A stretch of DNA of 63,942 bases, filler included, from Craspedostauros australis (lineage: Eukaryota): the NCBI GenBank assembly GCA_030167865.1. It is 11 parts of 11 records of this genome, joined end to end, with 100 filler letters (N's around TTAATTAATTAA, not from the genome) between each part and the next. Parts side by side here need not be neighbours in the genome. Positions count along the whole stretch, not along the records: positions 17,372 to 38,169 come from JALAGF010002783.1; positions 38,270 to 49,466 come from JALAGF010002784.1; 9 more parts are not named here. One strand, written 5' to 3'. Positions 32,270 through 44,456 of the stretch are shown here, piece after piece. The notes under the pieces are model-generated. The model saw only the letters and a list, made by a program, of their open reading frames with translations, was not told the DNA's origin and did not search any database. Position 1 is the first letter of the stretch, and each line of letters begins with the position of its first letter. The position numbers were made by a program, and so were the translations under genes.

Positions 32270-35200
32270 TCACTTCTCTGACCCTTCCGTCAACACCGAG
32301 ACATCATCAGCATCGTCGTTATTGTTGTCGTTGTTGCTTTGTGCAGGTGCGCTCTTGTCGTCGATTGTGTCACCCGCAACGTACAGCATCCCATCGTCCC
32401 CCTCGACGATGCTCGTGCCTTGTCTCAAGGATTTCTGAAGCCATTTGCCATCGCGATCTCCAGTGCTTGTGCCGCTTTGTGCTGTCCGTCCTGTGACACT
32501 TGGCACGCCCGAATTTGCCGTGGAGCTCATCTTGCTGTGCATGTCCACATCCACAACCCTACTGCCACCACCGCCACCACCGCCACCACCACCTGTCAGC
32601 CGGAGCTGGATTTCACCATTGTCAGCATCAGCTTGCAGGTACTTCGACCTTCGATTGCGGATGTCTTCCACCTTGATGGTGCAGCCCCAGTCTTCGTACA
32701 ACTGCGCAGCCTGTGCCATGTACTTGCAGATAGATTCGTGAAGTGCTGTCTGCATAGGTTGGATGTTTGGACCACCCTTGTTGCGCGCGAGAATCTTCTT
32801 GGCTCGCAGCAGGTACTCGGCCAACTGTTCGCAAGCGATGGCGCAATAGTGGATCAACGAGGCCTTCTCAGCCATCGCGATGGCTATGCCGTATGCTTGC
32901 TCGGTGCGGCCGACGATGGTGGAGTTTGACGTGATCGGCTTCAGGGAAAGTCGCTCGGCCTTGAGCAACTGCAAGAGGCTCGTAGTGTTGCTTCCCTTCT
33001 TTGTGACGAGTTCTCGGGCGAGGCCGATCTGCTGCTTCAGGCTGTTCTTGTGCTTGGCCCTGCCAGTGGTTCGGAACAAGGCGGCTGATGTGAGGCCTTG
33101 TGCAAGCATGGTTGCCGATTCAGTGCCGTAGCCTTTCGCGATGACGGATACTTTGCGATACAGCTTGAGCATTCGCTGGGCGAGTTCGTGTCGCCGAAAA
33201 AGCATCGCCAGAAAAGGCAGACCTGAGTAGGTCGCTGCCAGCCGATGTGCTTCATCTTTGTTCGCCACATTCTGGGCGAGGTCATGGTCCACATTGCGTT
33301 CGAAGACTTCCCACTCGATCGGATCCATACCGGCGAAGTGCTTTGACATCATCAGCAATGCGATCGTGACCTCATTGCTGAATGACACATTGTAGATTGT
33401 GTACTGTTGAAGCGCATTTTCGAGAGATGTGACCAACGGCTGCAGCTTGTACCCGAAGTAGAATGCCAGCGTGTTGCTGAGCTGGAGGTCAGTCAGCCCC
33501 AGTCCGAAATCGCCGACCTCCATGGCAAGGGAATGACCTTTCTCCAAAGTCTTGATGCACTTGGAGAATGGTTCGGTGTGGGGGTACACCCAGCCTGCGG
33601 TGGTCCCGTAGACCACGCTGGTTTGTCGTTTCCCTCCGGCGCGCCCCAGCAGCTTGTGGGCGATCCCTGCGCATCGCAGCATCAGCGCACTTTCCTGATT
33701 CGTGACATCCCAGAACACGCTCAGCGTTGCAAATGCGCTGGGAGATTCGTCATCGATTCCGTACTTCATCGTCATTCGGACCCGCTTCAGGTTGTGGACC
33801 ATCCACGAGAGCCAGTTGCCGGAGAAAAATGATCGATAAATGAGTTCGTCGAGGAATTTCAATGCCATCGTCTTCTGGTGGTCCTCCTGCGCTGGAAGGT
33901 TCAAGATTTCTTCGTCGGTGTTGTTTCTCAAGAATGCCTTGATTTGCATCACGTCATTCACAACGTGGTAGAGATAGAACCGCTTCGGAGACTCGCCCAA
34001 TTTCTGGGCGACCGACAAGCTGATTGACATAGATTCAGCGGCCTTGCCTTCCCGTCCCAACGCGACCGCCATGGAGTGGTATGTGGGGAGCTTCTCATCA
34101 AATTCCTGCGCTCTTTCGATGATCTCATTCCCAGCGGAGTGCCCAAGCTCGAAGTTTCCCAACGAGAGTTCCACCTCCGATCGGCATTGGAACAGCGTGA
34201 GGCAGGTCTCGTAGTGTTCGGTCCATGGGTTGCGTACGCGTTGCAGCGCATCGGATGCTTTCTGCAGGTACGATGATGCTGACGCCAGAGCAGCCATCTG
34301 GAGTGCCTTCTGCCCCACCTCAAGGTTGAATGAGACAAGGAAGAGGTGGTCCTTCGTGCGTACGCTGTTGAGATGGTCAGCTGCAACGAATAGCAGGCTG
34401 TCGATGTCCTTGACTGAATGGTCATTTTGTCGTTGCTGCTGCTGTTGTGCTTGTTGGCGGTTGTGCTCTTCTTGGTCATCTTCTTGTGCAGGTGTTGCCT
34501 TGGACATTCGATACATGTCGAGTAGACAGCGACCGATCTGCAGACGAAGCTTGCTACGGATCTCACCGAATGGAATCAATCCATAGGCTGCCTGTTGCAC
34601 ACGGTCATGGGCGAAGTGGTATCGGCTCTCGCCAATGGAGTTGGTGACGAGGCCTCCCAGAAGAGCTTGGTCCAGGAGGACGCACAGTCGGTCAGATGTC
34701 CACGGCAATGGCCCTGACGATGGCAATGGCGGCGTCGCTGCTGCTTTGGTGCCGGATCCTTCTTCTTCGGACTCCATTTCAATGCCTCCATGATCATCGA
34801 TGTGCTGCAACACTACCTGCAGAACGTGCAGATCGAACGTCGAGCGGATGTATGCCGCGACTGACAGAACTCGCTGCAGATCATGGGGCAAGCTCCTGAG
34901 TTGCACTTCGATGATGGCCACGATATTGTCGCCGATGGGAAGCTCCTCACTACCACCATTGGTGGATTGGCTCAGATCCCATTCCCATCGATCCGAGATG
35001 CTGTTGTAGATGATAATGTTGCTTCTCTTGAGCTCCTCGACGGCCTGGAGAGTGAAGTAGACATTGCCGTGTGTCTTCTTGTGGATCTTGGATGCGAGGG
35101 CCTTGAGATCGTCGTCGTCATAAGATCGATGGAGAAGGCGAGAAAGCCATAAGGTGCAGTCTGGCAACGGTAAGGGACCAATGGTGACCTGCTCCAGGGT

Positions 35201-36460
35201 TCTCTCATTGCCCTCGTCGTTCCCTTTTTGTCCATTGGCATTGATGTTGGCGTTGGTACCTGCGCTGCTCTGATTCACCAAGCGATCCAGGAATGATCGT
35301 TGCAGGGGTGCCTCTGGCAACAGCTCCATGGCTTGATGATTGTGAGGATCGGTCTCCTGTCGGATCGCACCGAGCAACATGAAGTTGTGGAGGTCGGTGT
35401 CATTGAGCAACGATGCAAGAAGCTCCAGCCCAGCGGCAGAAGACCATTGCAGATCATCAAGGAAGAGGAAGACAGGTCGTTGTGGAGTGGAGACGGCCTT
35501 GATGAACTGGATGAAGATGTAGCAAAGTCTGTTCCATGCGCTCTTCGAGCTGCTCGGGGATTCCTTCTTCTTCGTGTGGCGGTTGTGGTATCCAATGTCT
35601 GTCATCGAATCGGACTTGCCATGATCACGTACGCTGCAGGTGGATACGGACGCAGTGTCCATGCCTGCATCTCCGGACTGCTGGTGCAGGTTGCTGCTGG
35701 ATATGTCCACCGGGGGGATTGAAGATGCCCCCGTAGAGGTGGAGAATAAGATGTCCAACGATGGAACCACTGCGATCAAAGCAGACACGGCCGAGTAGCT
35801 CTGCTTCGCAGCATCATTGCGGTTAGCATCATCCTTGTTTGGAAGAGAGAAGCCAGCGTCCGCACCTGCGGAGAACACGTCTTCTATTGCCTCTTGGATG
35901 CGTTGCAGCTCTTCGGAGGGCCCTTGTTTGAGCTGCGTCGCGAAGTCATCCAGCGCCTGGATGATGGCAGAGAATGGGTCCTTGCTTCCCGTGTACTCGT
36001 CGTACTTGCCTCGCAGCACGTAGCGGCAGCTGCAGGGGCGTTGTGCGTTTGCTTGCTCAGTCTGATGGCCGCCTTCGCAGCTGCAGTTCACTTGGTTCAA
36101 GAAGTGATCGATCAGCTGCGACTTTCCAGTGCCGCTTGTTCCCCAGACCAGAGCGGCTGGAATGACGGGCTTCCCCTTGTTGATGCGACGCCAGATCTTC
36201 CGCAGATGTTGCAATTCCGCGTCCCTTCCAAAGAAGGAGGTTGCTTTGGATGCTTTGGATGCTTTGGATGCTTTGGGGGAAGGTGAGGACGAGGGCGAGG
36301 GCGATGTGTTTGCAGACGTAGTCATCAACTCCTCTGTCACGGTAGGCTTCAACTCCGATACCGATGTACGGCCGGTCTCGGCTGTTCCATTTGGTTCAGA
36401 ATCCATTGACGCCGACGATTTGGTTGACAACGCGGGATCGTTCATCATGGTGATGACCAT
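32270..36460 (-). CDS. Large STAND-like P-loop ATPase (AAA_16-type) with C-terminal helical/TPR-like region
   Basis: FFGRDAEL, Walker A GTSGTGKS, GKYDE, Walker B FLFLDDLQW, KTHGNVYF, YHFAHDRVQQAAY, terminal LYEDWGCTIKV; single about 1400-aa exon. Confidence 0.85.
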   Translation of the reverse strand: MVITMMNDPALSTKSSASMDSEPNGTAETGRTSVSELKPTVTEELMTTSANTSPSPSSSPSPKASKASKASKATSFFGRDAELQHLRKIWRRINKGKPVIPAALVWGTSGTGKSQLIDHFLNQVNCSCEGGHQTEQANAQRPCSCRYVLRGKYDEYTGSKDPFSAIIQALDDFATQLKQGPSEELQRIQEAIEDVFSAGADAGFSLPNKDDANRNDAAKQSYSAVSALIAVVPSLDILFSTSTGASSIPPVDISSSNLHQQSGDAGMDTASVSTCSVRDHGKSDSMTDIGYHNRHTKKKESPSSSKSAWNRLCYIFIQFIKAVSTPQRPVFLFLDDLQWSSAAGLELLASLLNDTDLHNFMLLGAIRQETDPHNHQAMELLPEAPLQRSFLDRLVNQSSAGTNANINANGQKGNDEGNERTLEQVTIGPLPLPDCTLWLSRLLHRSYDDDDLKALASKIHKKTHGNVYFTLQAVEELKRSNIIIYNSISDRWEWDLSQSTNGGSEELPIGDNIVAIIEVQLRSLPHDLQRVLSVAAYIRSTFDLHVLQVVLQHIDDHGGIEMESEEEGSGTKAAATPPLPSSGPLPWTSDRLCVLLDQALLGGLVTNSIGESRYHFAHDRVQQAAYGLIPFGEIRSKLRLQIGRCLLDMYRMSKATPAQEDDQEEHNRQQAQQQQQRQNDHSVKDIDSLLFVAADHLNSVRTKDHLFLVSFNLEVGQKALQMAALASASSYLQKASDALQRVRNPWTEHYETCLTLFQCRSEVELSLGNFELGHSAGNEIIERAQEFDEKLPTYHSMAVALGREGKAAESMSISLSVAQKLGESPKRFYLYHVVNDVMQIKAFLRNNTDEEILNLPAQEDHQKTMALKFLDELIYRSFFSGNWLSWMVHNLKRVRMTMKYGIDDESPSAFATLSVFWDVTNQESALMLRCAGIAHKLLGRAGGKRQTSVVYGTTAGWVYPHTEPFSKCIKTLEKGHSLAMEVGDFGLGLTDLQLSNTLAFYFGYKLQPLVTSLENALQQYTIYNVSFSNEVTIALLMMSKHFAGMDPIEWEVFERNVDHDLAQNVANKDEAHRLAATYSGLPFLAMLFRRHELAQRMLKLYRKVSVIAKGYGTESATMLAQGLTSAALFRTTGRAKHKNSLKQQIGLARELVTKKGSNTTSLLQLLKAERLSLKPITSNSTIVGRTEQAYGIAIAMAEKASLIHYCAIACEQLAEYLLRAKKILARNKGGPNIQPMQTALHESICKYMAQAAQLYEDWGCTIKVEDIRNRRSKYLQADADNGEIQLRLTGGGGGGGGGGSRVVDVDMHSKMSSTANSGVPSVTGRTAQSGTSTGDRDGKWLQKSLRQGTSIVEGDDGMLYVAGDTIDDKSAPAQSNNDNNNDDADDVSVLTEGSEK

Positions 36461-38269
36461 AGTCTTTTGATTTGTCGGTCTGACGGTCTGGTGGTCTGAT
36501 GGTCTGTTACGATGAATCAACTCTCAGAGCTGTACGATGCAAGTAAAAGCGTCGGTGCAATCGTGCGGTGCAATGGTGGCTGCACGACAGGAGAGATTGC
36601 AAATTATGCAATGATGTTGGTTGGCTGCTTGAAGAGATGGACATTGGGAGCATCGAGGGCGCGGTTGGAATGTCTGGAAAGATGATGTCGATTCTCACTT
36701 GCACGCTGGGATTGTTGAGGGTACTCGTACAGTATTGTGACTCTGGGTCCCCTCATGCGATGCAATCCAAATTCGCGACAGCTGCGAGGTTGCGGCATCG
36801 TTGGTGCGCCCAAAGCGGCCTCGCGCGATCGTGCTTCACCTCTGCCCATTAAGAACTATTTGCTCCATGCACTTCGTGTTATTGTTCCGCTTTTTCCTAC
36901 CTTTGGTCGTGGAGTGTGATCCGTGTGTGGGATCACATGGAGATTGCGTGTGTCCAGCGTGATCTCTTCCAACGAAGACATGTTCGCGTCATGTTGTTCA
37001 AGCGCGGAGAGTGTTGTTGACACCCCCTGTCCCTTGAAGCAAGGCAGTGCGTCGTTGGCCCCTGCTAACCTCCGCGAAAGAAGGAATGGTGGCGGTCATT
37101 TTGAATCCTCATCGCCGAAGCAAACAATGAGACGTGGATAATGTGCCAGTTTGGAGGAGTGCACAGCCTCATTGACGGGCGCCCCCATCCAAGGGGCCTT
37201 CCACACCACCCTTCGACTCCATCAAGGGTGCGTGACTGTTGCATCGGTTTGTGGGACCAAGGAACAGCCGCATTCAGGCGACTACGAATAGGCCGTACCA
37301 TAGGTAGGGCATGGGAGCAAAGAGTTTTTTTGTTGATGCTGTTGAATCTCTACCATGCGTTGGTGAAATCCTGCCTTCACAGAGAATGAACATTACGGAG
37401 TGCACATGCAGACTACTACTGGTCCTCCTTTCATCCTCGCTTGAATGGTAATAGCGCAAGGAGGGGTACCCTTTTCGATCCGAAAGCCGCCCGCGAGCCA
37501 ACCCTTGTCCGACCTCAAACAGCGGGAACAACGGCCATGACGTCGAGGCAGCTCTGCGTAGATCGTAATCGTCACGTTGCTGTTGCCAATCTGTACGACT
37601 ACTGCAGCCATCAGCAACATCACAACACAGAATGCTCGTGCCTCGAATAGTGTTGCTGGTGGCATCGATGCAAAAAAAGTCTTCTGATCTCCGGACCGCA
37701 ACAACGCAAAAAGAAGTCGCGAATGAAGAACTATTGGAGTGCAGACGGCGGAAATGAGGTCAAGGTGAATCGAATGGGGCCTGCCGCACAAAGCAAGGAA
37801 TGACCGCGACCACAAGAACGAAGAACAAAACACGCCGCAGTGGCCACAACAACAACAACAGGATGAGGAACAAGCAAACATTGGAGGGCCGCAGAATCCC
37901 AAAGCACTACGACAACTGGAACACACCACATCATTCACCGATACGCGCCACATTCCAATCAGAACACCTAAAGAGCACAAAACGACCCTGGGTGGCAACT
38001 TGTGATCTTGTTTGGTTTTGACGGAACAATAACTCTCGCGAAACATGTTTGCAACAGAAAGCCAGTTTCGATGCGACAGTATCTGATATCCATAATGATT
38101 TCGGCCTGGTACTGGCCTACGTGGCTTGTCTCCCCAGGCAAATTGGAGGTGCAATTTGTCTCCACAGGCNNNNNNNNNNNNNNNNNNNNNNNNNNNNNNN
38201 NNNNNNNNNNNNNTTAATTAATTAANNNNNNNNNNNNNNNNNNNNNNNNNNNNNNNNNNNNNNNNNNNN

Positions 38270-38697
38270 TTAAATGATATCTATTGTACAGATTGAGCCA
38301 AAGACCGCTAAGTCCGGAGACTTCAAAGATGGAGAGTCGAATTTCTCGAACAACAGAGGCATGATCCTACCGGACTCCTGTAGAATTCTACGTGTAACCA
38401 ACTGTAACCAACGGGATCCAAAAAAAACCCGGTCTGTCCGTCGTCCGAAGGCAAAACCACACCAATGGGGTCAACAAACAGATAAAGATCGACAAGATGG
38501 TAGTAACAACAAGATAATGTTATTGCTTTCCTGGATAGCCCTGAGTCTTAAGTTTACGTAGATGTAAAGAGATATTCGATTGAGTGTCTATAACTTTAAG
38601 TCTGAGATCGGGAAAATTGGATCCAAAATCTGTAACCAATTGTAACCAAATGTAACCAATTGTAACCAATTTTTGGGGTCCGGCTCTTTGAGGCACT
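38270..38697. mobile_element. Terminal 428 bp of the same non-autonomous transposon-like repeat (copy 2), abutting a thioredoxin exon
   Basis: Identical to 17372-17799 and starts at the same base at a contig edge. Confidence 0.85.
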
Positions 38698-38698
38698 G

Positions 38699-40941
38699 AA
38701 GGCCAACAAAGACAAGCTCGTCGTCACCAAAGTATTCGCACCATGGTGCCGTGCCTGCAGGGGTTTGGAGCCAAAATTCAATGGCATCGTCAAGGATGCC
38801 AAATACAAGGACATTCCCATCGTTTGGGCTGACCTTACCATCCAGAACAATAAGGAATACGTCAAGTCGATAGGCGTGCTGGCATTGCCCACCATACAAT
38901 TCCACGTGCAGGGAGGCAAGGTCGACACGTTCCCCTGCGGACCCAGCAAGGTGCCCATACTGAAGAGGAAATTGACGCAATTGGTGGATGATTACGTCGA
39001 CCTATCGACCATGACGGTCAAGGACCCTACCGTCGTGGGACTTCCGACGCAGGTCGACGTCTTGACGGATCAGGACAAGTCCTCCCCCGTCAAGAAGAAG
39101 GCGGAAGGCATGGTCGTCATCAGTTCCCAGCAGCGCAAGATGATGCGAAAGATGCCGTACCTGTCAAGTCTCACCGATGCCGAGTTCAGCACCGTCCTCA
39201 AACACGCGAAGGAATTGACCTTCCAGCAGGGATCCATTATCATGCGGGAGGGCAACATCGGGCGAACATTCTATGTCATCACAGAAGGCGAAGTGGAGAT
39301 CTGCCAAAAGACTTCGATGGAAGATCCGTTGGCCACACCGCCGACATATTTGGGAACCGTCATCAACCGCCTCGGCGACGGTGATTTCTTTGGAGAGAGG
39401 GTGAGTCATCGGAATCGCGCTCGTGCCTGTTGGCGCGCATGGCACAAAAGACGTATCCTCTTGGGTATGGCAAGAATGTCCGTGGTGCTGTGGTGCTGTA
39501 TTGTGGAATTGTGGTTTGCTTCCATGCCAAGTGATGGGATGATGCAAACAAAAACTGTGGCTTGTTGTCAAACTGGCAACCCAACTCTGTGTAACAACAC
39601 GAACAAGCACAGGACAGCACAACCGCCTCATGTTTGTGAGGGCCGATGATCGCAGTCCGCTTCGTTCTGTCTCACCACAAAACCAAGCATCCGCACTTTG
39701 CCACGCTCACAATTTGCAATTTCTTCTGTAATTGCTTCGTCATGCGCATACTGAATGGGTGTGGATGGTACACATCATCAAATGCAACACATGTACTTTA
39801 CCTAACAATCCTTTCCAATTTGACGCCCATTCCATTCCATCCCACACTACTCACATCTTCACCAATAAAATGCCAATTGTCAAAACAGTCTCTGCTCACG
39901 AAAGAACCTCGTGCTGCCAGCATTCGTGCATCATCGACTCTGACCAAATGCCTCACATTCGACAAGGATGATTTCCCAGCCTCATGCCCGCTCAGTGGCA
40001 AGGCTGTGCACGAGGCCGATGTCGACGATGCCAACGAAAAGTACGGCGTTGCCTTGAAGGACATTACCACAATCAGCAACAAACAAATTAGCGACTCCGT
40101 CACCGCCAATCAAACCAGAGGCAGCGTCAACCGACCGGGTGTTATTACCGGCGTGGACACGGACGACGATTTGGACATTGCAGACACAGTACTACCCAAC
40201 ACGCCGGCAGCAGCAGCAGGAGCACCATCACAGCTGACTCAGGATCAGGACGATGTCTCATCCATGGACTTGGATCTGCAGAGCGATGCCATCATTCCAT
40301 TGCTGATGCGATTCCGACTGCTGCGTCTCGTCGGAAGGTGCTTCAATTACATCAAGAAGAATCGGCTGCGCGTGGCGGATGTCGGCGGTCGTCGTCGACG
40401 CGCCATGCTGGTCAAGCGGCTATTGCCTTCGCAACATGTTGAATTCACAGACGCCTTCACGTTGATCGATGCGGATGGTGACGGCTCGGTGACGTTGAAG
40501 GAGATGCGCAAGGCGTTGGATTCCATCGATGAGAGCAGTATTTCGAACGAAGATCTCCGCCAAGCATTCCAGGACGGTGACGGCAGCACCAACGGCAGCA
40601 CAAATGGAAATGCCGTCGCAGCCACGAACGGGTCGTCGAGCACCAACGGTGCGAACGGATTAGAGCTTGCGGATGACATGGAGAAAGAGACGTTGAGGTA
40701 CGCCGACTTCATGGGCATCATGGCGGAGGCGGATCTGTACTACCTCTTCCGGGACACATTCCAAGCTTTGGACACCCGCGACTCCGGCTTCGTGCGAGCG
40801 AAGGACCTGGATCGGGTGCTGTGCGGCGTCCGCGATCTCATCAGCGACGATCGCAAGAGTATCATCGACGTCGAAGACACGGAAATCCTCATCGACTACG
40901 AGCAGTTCTCGCAGATGCTTCTCGGAAAGGCGCTGAGCTAA
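38699..40941 (+). CDS. Thioredoxin + cyclic-nucleotide-binding + EF-hand protein, 5'-partial; exons about 38699-39400 and 39889-40941
   Basis: KLVVTKVFAPWCRAC...LPTIQF (Trx). IMREGNIGRTFYVITEGEV...FFGER|SLLTKEPRAASIRA (phosphate-binding cassette completed across GT-AG intron 39401-39888). EF-hand loops DADGDGSVTLKE and DTRDSGFVRAKD. Confidence 0.88.
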
Positions 40942-43110
40942 GCGTTTGATTGGATTGGACTTGGGTTGGGCCGGGGCCGGTCGGTGTTGGCCCTGTGGGA
41001 GAACTGCGTTGCATGTGGGCAGCGAACGATTCAAACGACGCGCCGCGCGTTGCGGCATGACGTCATTCCTTTGCTCTGCGTCAAATCGTGTCTCATCTTG
41101 CCTGATCACAAAGAGAAGCAACTGCGACACTTCGGATGCGAGTGGAGGGGAAGTGCACAACATGGCACAGCGCCGATACCATACCATGCAAAGCACAGCG
41201 TGGCATGACATGACATAATGTAATACGTCGATGCAATGAACGACGACAGATAAGGATCGTACATAAAAAAGCATCCCCAACACTACTCGTCAGTATCCAC
41301 ATTAGCGCAGCAGGCTCCGTTGCTGCTTCGTCCAACCCAGGTGGAGTGGTTGCACTGTCGACGGATGCTCGCCTCCGTCAACTCCTCTCCAGACAACTAT
41401 TCTACTTCATGTGACCACGAGTATCGTTGTGAAGGCAAGAGGGCGACACCCGTTAGCGCACAAGCAACAAGGCCACGTCCGCACATCCACGCACCCGTCC
41501 ATCAACACGTCTGCGCATCTGCACTTGCACACATCTCACCGTTTCAGACAAGCGCAACGCAAACAACGGAATGGGATGAAAGATGTCGCCCTGTAACGCT
41601 TGACGTCACGGACAAGAACGATACCCTCATTTTGGAAAACAGCGAAACGGGGTGAACATCACCGAGAACAATGTCCATCGCGAAACTGAATTCTCGCGAA
41701 TCTCACGTCAGGGGCAGATTGTGCTCTCCAGCTTGAAAGTGTCAGATCCGGACTGGCAGTTGTCCATGTCACACATGTCTCACACGACATATATATAGAT
41801 ACGGAATCAATAGTTGAAGACCAACAGGCATATGGAAAACGTGTCTTCGTTATGTCTCGTAGTGACGGATCGATAAGAGGGGTTGAACACGATTGGGTCA
41901 CAACAGGACCTTGCGCGCCAAAGTGAAGATTCATGGGCGGAAGATGGCATGTTGAATTTGCTCTGGCGCGCGAGAAGCAGCTGAATCTGCTGCAGTTTCC
42001 GCGCTTCGCGTGACAGAATGCGCAAAGAACAAAATCGCAGAACAAACGACAACGGTTGTTTGCCATCACGTGGTATCGGTGAGGATTCGGCGAAAGAAGA
42101 GGTGAGCGGAAGACCATGGGAGGCAGATTGAGCGCACAAGGCGAGCGAGCAATCACGAGAAGTGAGTGAGTTTGAACAAGTCACCTTCACACACTATACC
42201 GGCAAAGTACCATGATGCGAACAATCCAAAAAGCGAGCAAACCAATGCGGTAGTCCGTATCATTCCAGGTCGTTTCGCCACCAAGCTCTCCCAACTTTGT
42301 CTCGGCATGCTCCTTCTATGGTGGAGAACGAGTGGACAGTCATGGCAGTACGAAGCAGAACCGCTGAGGATATTTTAGTCCAAGAAGGTGAGAGACACAA
42401 AGAAGGAAAGCAAGCGGAGAAGTCACAAAAAGCAACCACCAACAAGCATCACAGACATTTGTGCCTGTACAAATAGCATACACCAACAGAGCCGCAGCAT
42501 CGTCGCAAGGCTGGAAGGGCACGACAACAACAACAACAGCAGCGACAACAACAGCGACAACAACAACCAGGCCTAAACACGGTCATAGAGGATTCTTCCC
42601 CTCCGCCAGCTCTCTCTCTCTCTCTGCATCTGCCTCCTTCGTCGCCTTTGTGCACAAGAAGCTGAAGAGGCTCGCACAACTTCGCACAAAGACCTGCACG
42701 TCACTCCGGAACCTTCACCCAAAGCGAAGGACGATCGGATCAGTGGTCATAGACCAACAAGCTATCTTGGAGGCGCTGATCGTGGCCAACAGAGGAACTA
42801 TTCACGGTTTCGCCTACTCAACATAACGCAACGTCACACCACATCGTGTTGCGTCAATTCCGAAGACCAGCTCGGATCCTGCACACAGCATTTGCGTTCG
42901 CACAAGATCACCAGAGTCAAGATCAAGAGCAACAGCAACATCAGTGACAGCAACACTGACTGCCCTCACAAAAAGGCATTGTGTGGGAAACAAGCTCAAC
43001 AGTGGACACCCGCATCAGATCACTTCCAACGTGAAAGTAAACGTGAAAGTAAACGTCAACGCACAAGTCATCACAAGTCATAACAAGCAGCAGACACGGC
43101 ATCATCAAAT

Positions 43111-44456
43111 ATGGGCACGGACGGAATCGATTCCTCGATCAGCAGGGCGCTTCGCCTGCTGGAGCAGGCGGGAGACCTGGCTTCGCTGGGTGAAGACAGC
43201 CCAGGTGCTGATGGTGGAGACGACGGCACCGGCAACGTGCCAGACGAGCCCATCTTCGATCCCACCGTGTTCTGGAGCGTCAACGGCTTCGTCCTCTTCC
43301 TCGTCATCTGCATGGTGCTTTGGTGCGTCTTTGGAGACAAGGAATGGCTCAATTCGGAGAACAGAAGGCTTCAGGCTGATGCCACATACCAGCAGAGTCT
43401 GCGCGACAGACAGGCAGCGCGCGAAGCAAGGAAAGTTGTCACACCGGAACAACGCCAGGAGAGGCTGCTGCAATCCTTCCGTCGACACAAGGTCATCATG
43501 GTGAGTTCCTTCTTTTGCATGTGCTTCTACACATGTCATCCTACCATGGTGCTGTTGTTCTGTTATCGCCATGGACGGCTGTGCACGGCTGCGCATGATT
43601 TCTTGACATGGCCCCTGTTGGCCTTCCCTTCTTCCACCTCTTTGCATTCGTTCGCATCTGCAGGCACGACTCTGATGCAAATGCAAGCGTTCCATCAGGT
43701 TCGTGATTCGTGGTTGCGGCCACGATGGCAGCGCAAAGATCTGTGGGTACCGTAACTTCCCAAGTCTGATGTGGGAAGGTTCGCAAATGACAAGGTCGAC
43801 GTCAGCGTTGGCAGGCAGCTTGTGCGTTCACGCCCAACAGCATTTTCATGTGCTCTGCCACGAAGCACAACACGTCGCGACACAACTCTCGCAACAGCAT
43901 ACGACTACAGCCCACCGCACGAAATACAAACTCACACCGACTCCGTCCTTCACTTTCGACTTCGACTGCTTCACATTGACGCCGTACCATCCTGCGCGAT
44001 GATATCTGACAGACTGTGACGGAAGATGACCTGACCAGCGGCGATGCCGATATCTGCGACGTTGAGACAGGAAAGCCAAACGGCGAGGCCGCCGCAAACA
44101 CTGACGCCCCCACGGAGGAACAGCAAGATGCCGATGCCGCCGACATGACGTTCTCATCCATTCAAAACACGGGGATGCTCAGACTGCCATGCGCAAACCG
44201 TGCACCCGTCCCCAACTGCTGCGCCGTCTGCCTTGGCTCGTACGATGTCGGCGAGACCGTGGTCTGGAGCTCCAACGAAAAGTGCTCGCATGCCTTCCAC
44301 CAGGAGTGCATATTAGAGTGGCTCATCAAGATGCAGCCGGAGACTCCATGCCCCTGCTGCCGACAAGAGTTCACCGACCTGGAGGCTCTGCGCAAAGAAA
44401 AGAAGATCGTCTGGGCCGGAGGCAACACATTCTCGGTCTCTGCCGTCACGTTGTAA
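43111..44456 (+). CDS. Transmembrane RING-H2 E3 ubiquitin ligase (ATL-like); exons 43111-43500 and 44013-44456
   Basis: TM segment VFWSVNGFVLFLVICMVLWCVF. Phase-0 GTGAGT...CAG intron. CAVCLGSY...CSHAFHQECILEWL...CPCCR. Confidence 0.9.

Noticed and set aside
36900..38169. Possible degenerate gene or TE before the contig end
   Set aside because: Short broken frames with no recognisable motif.
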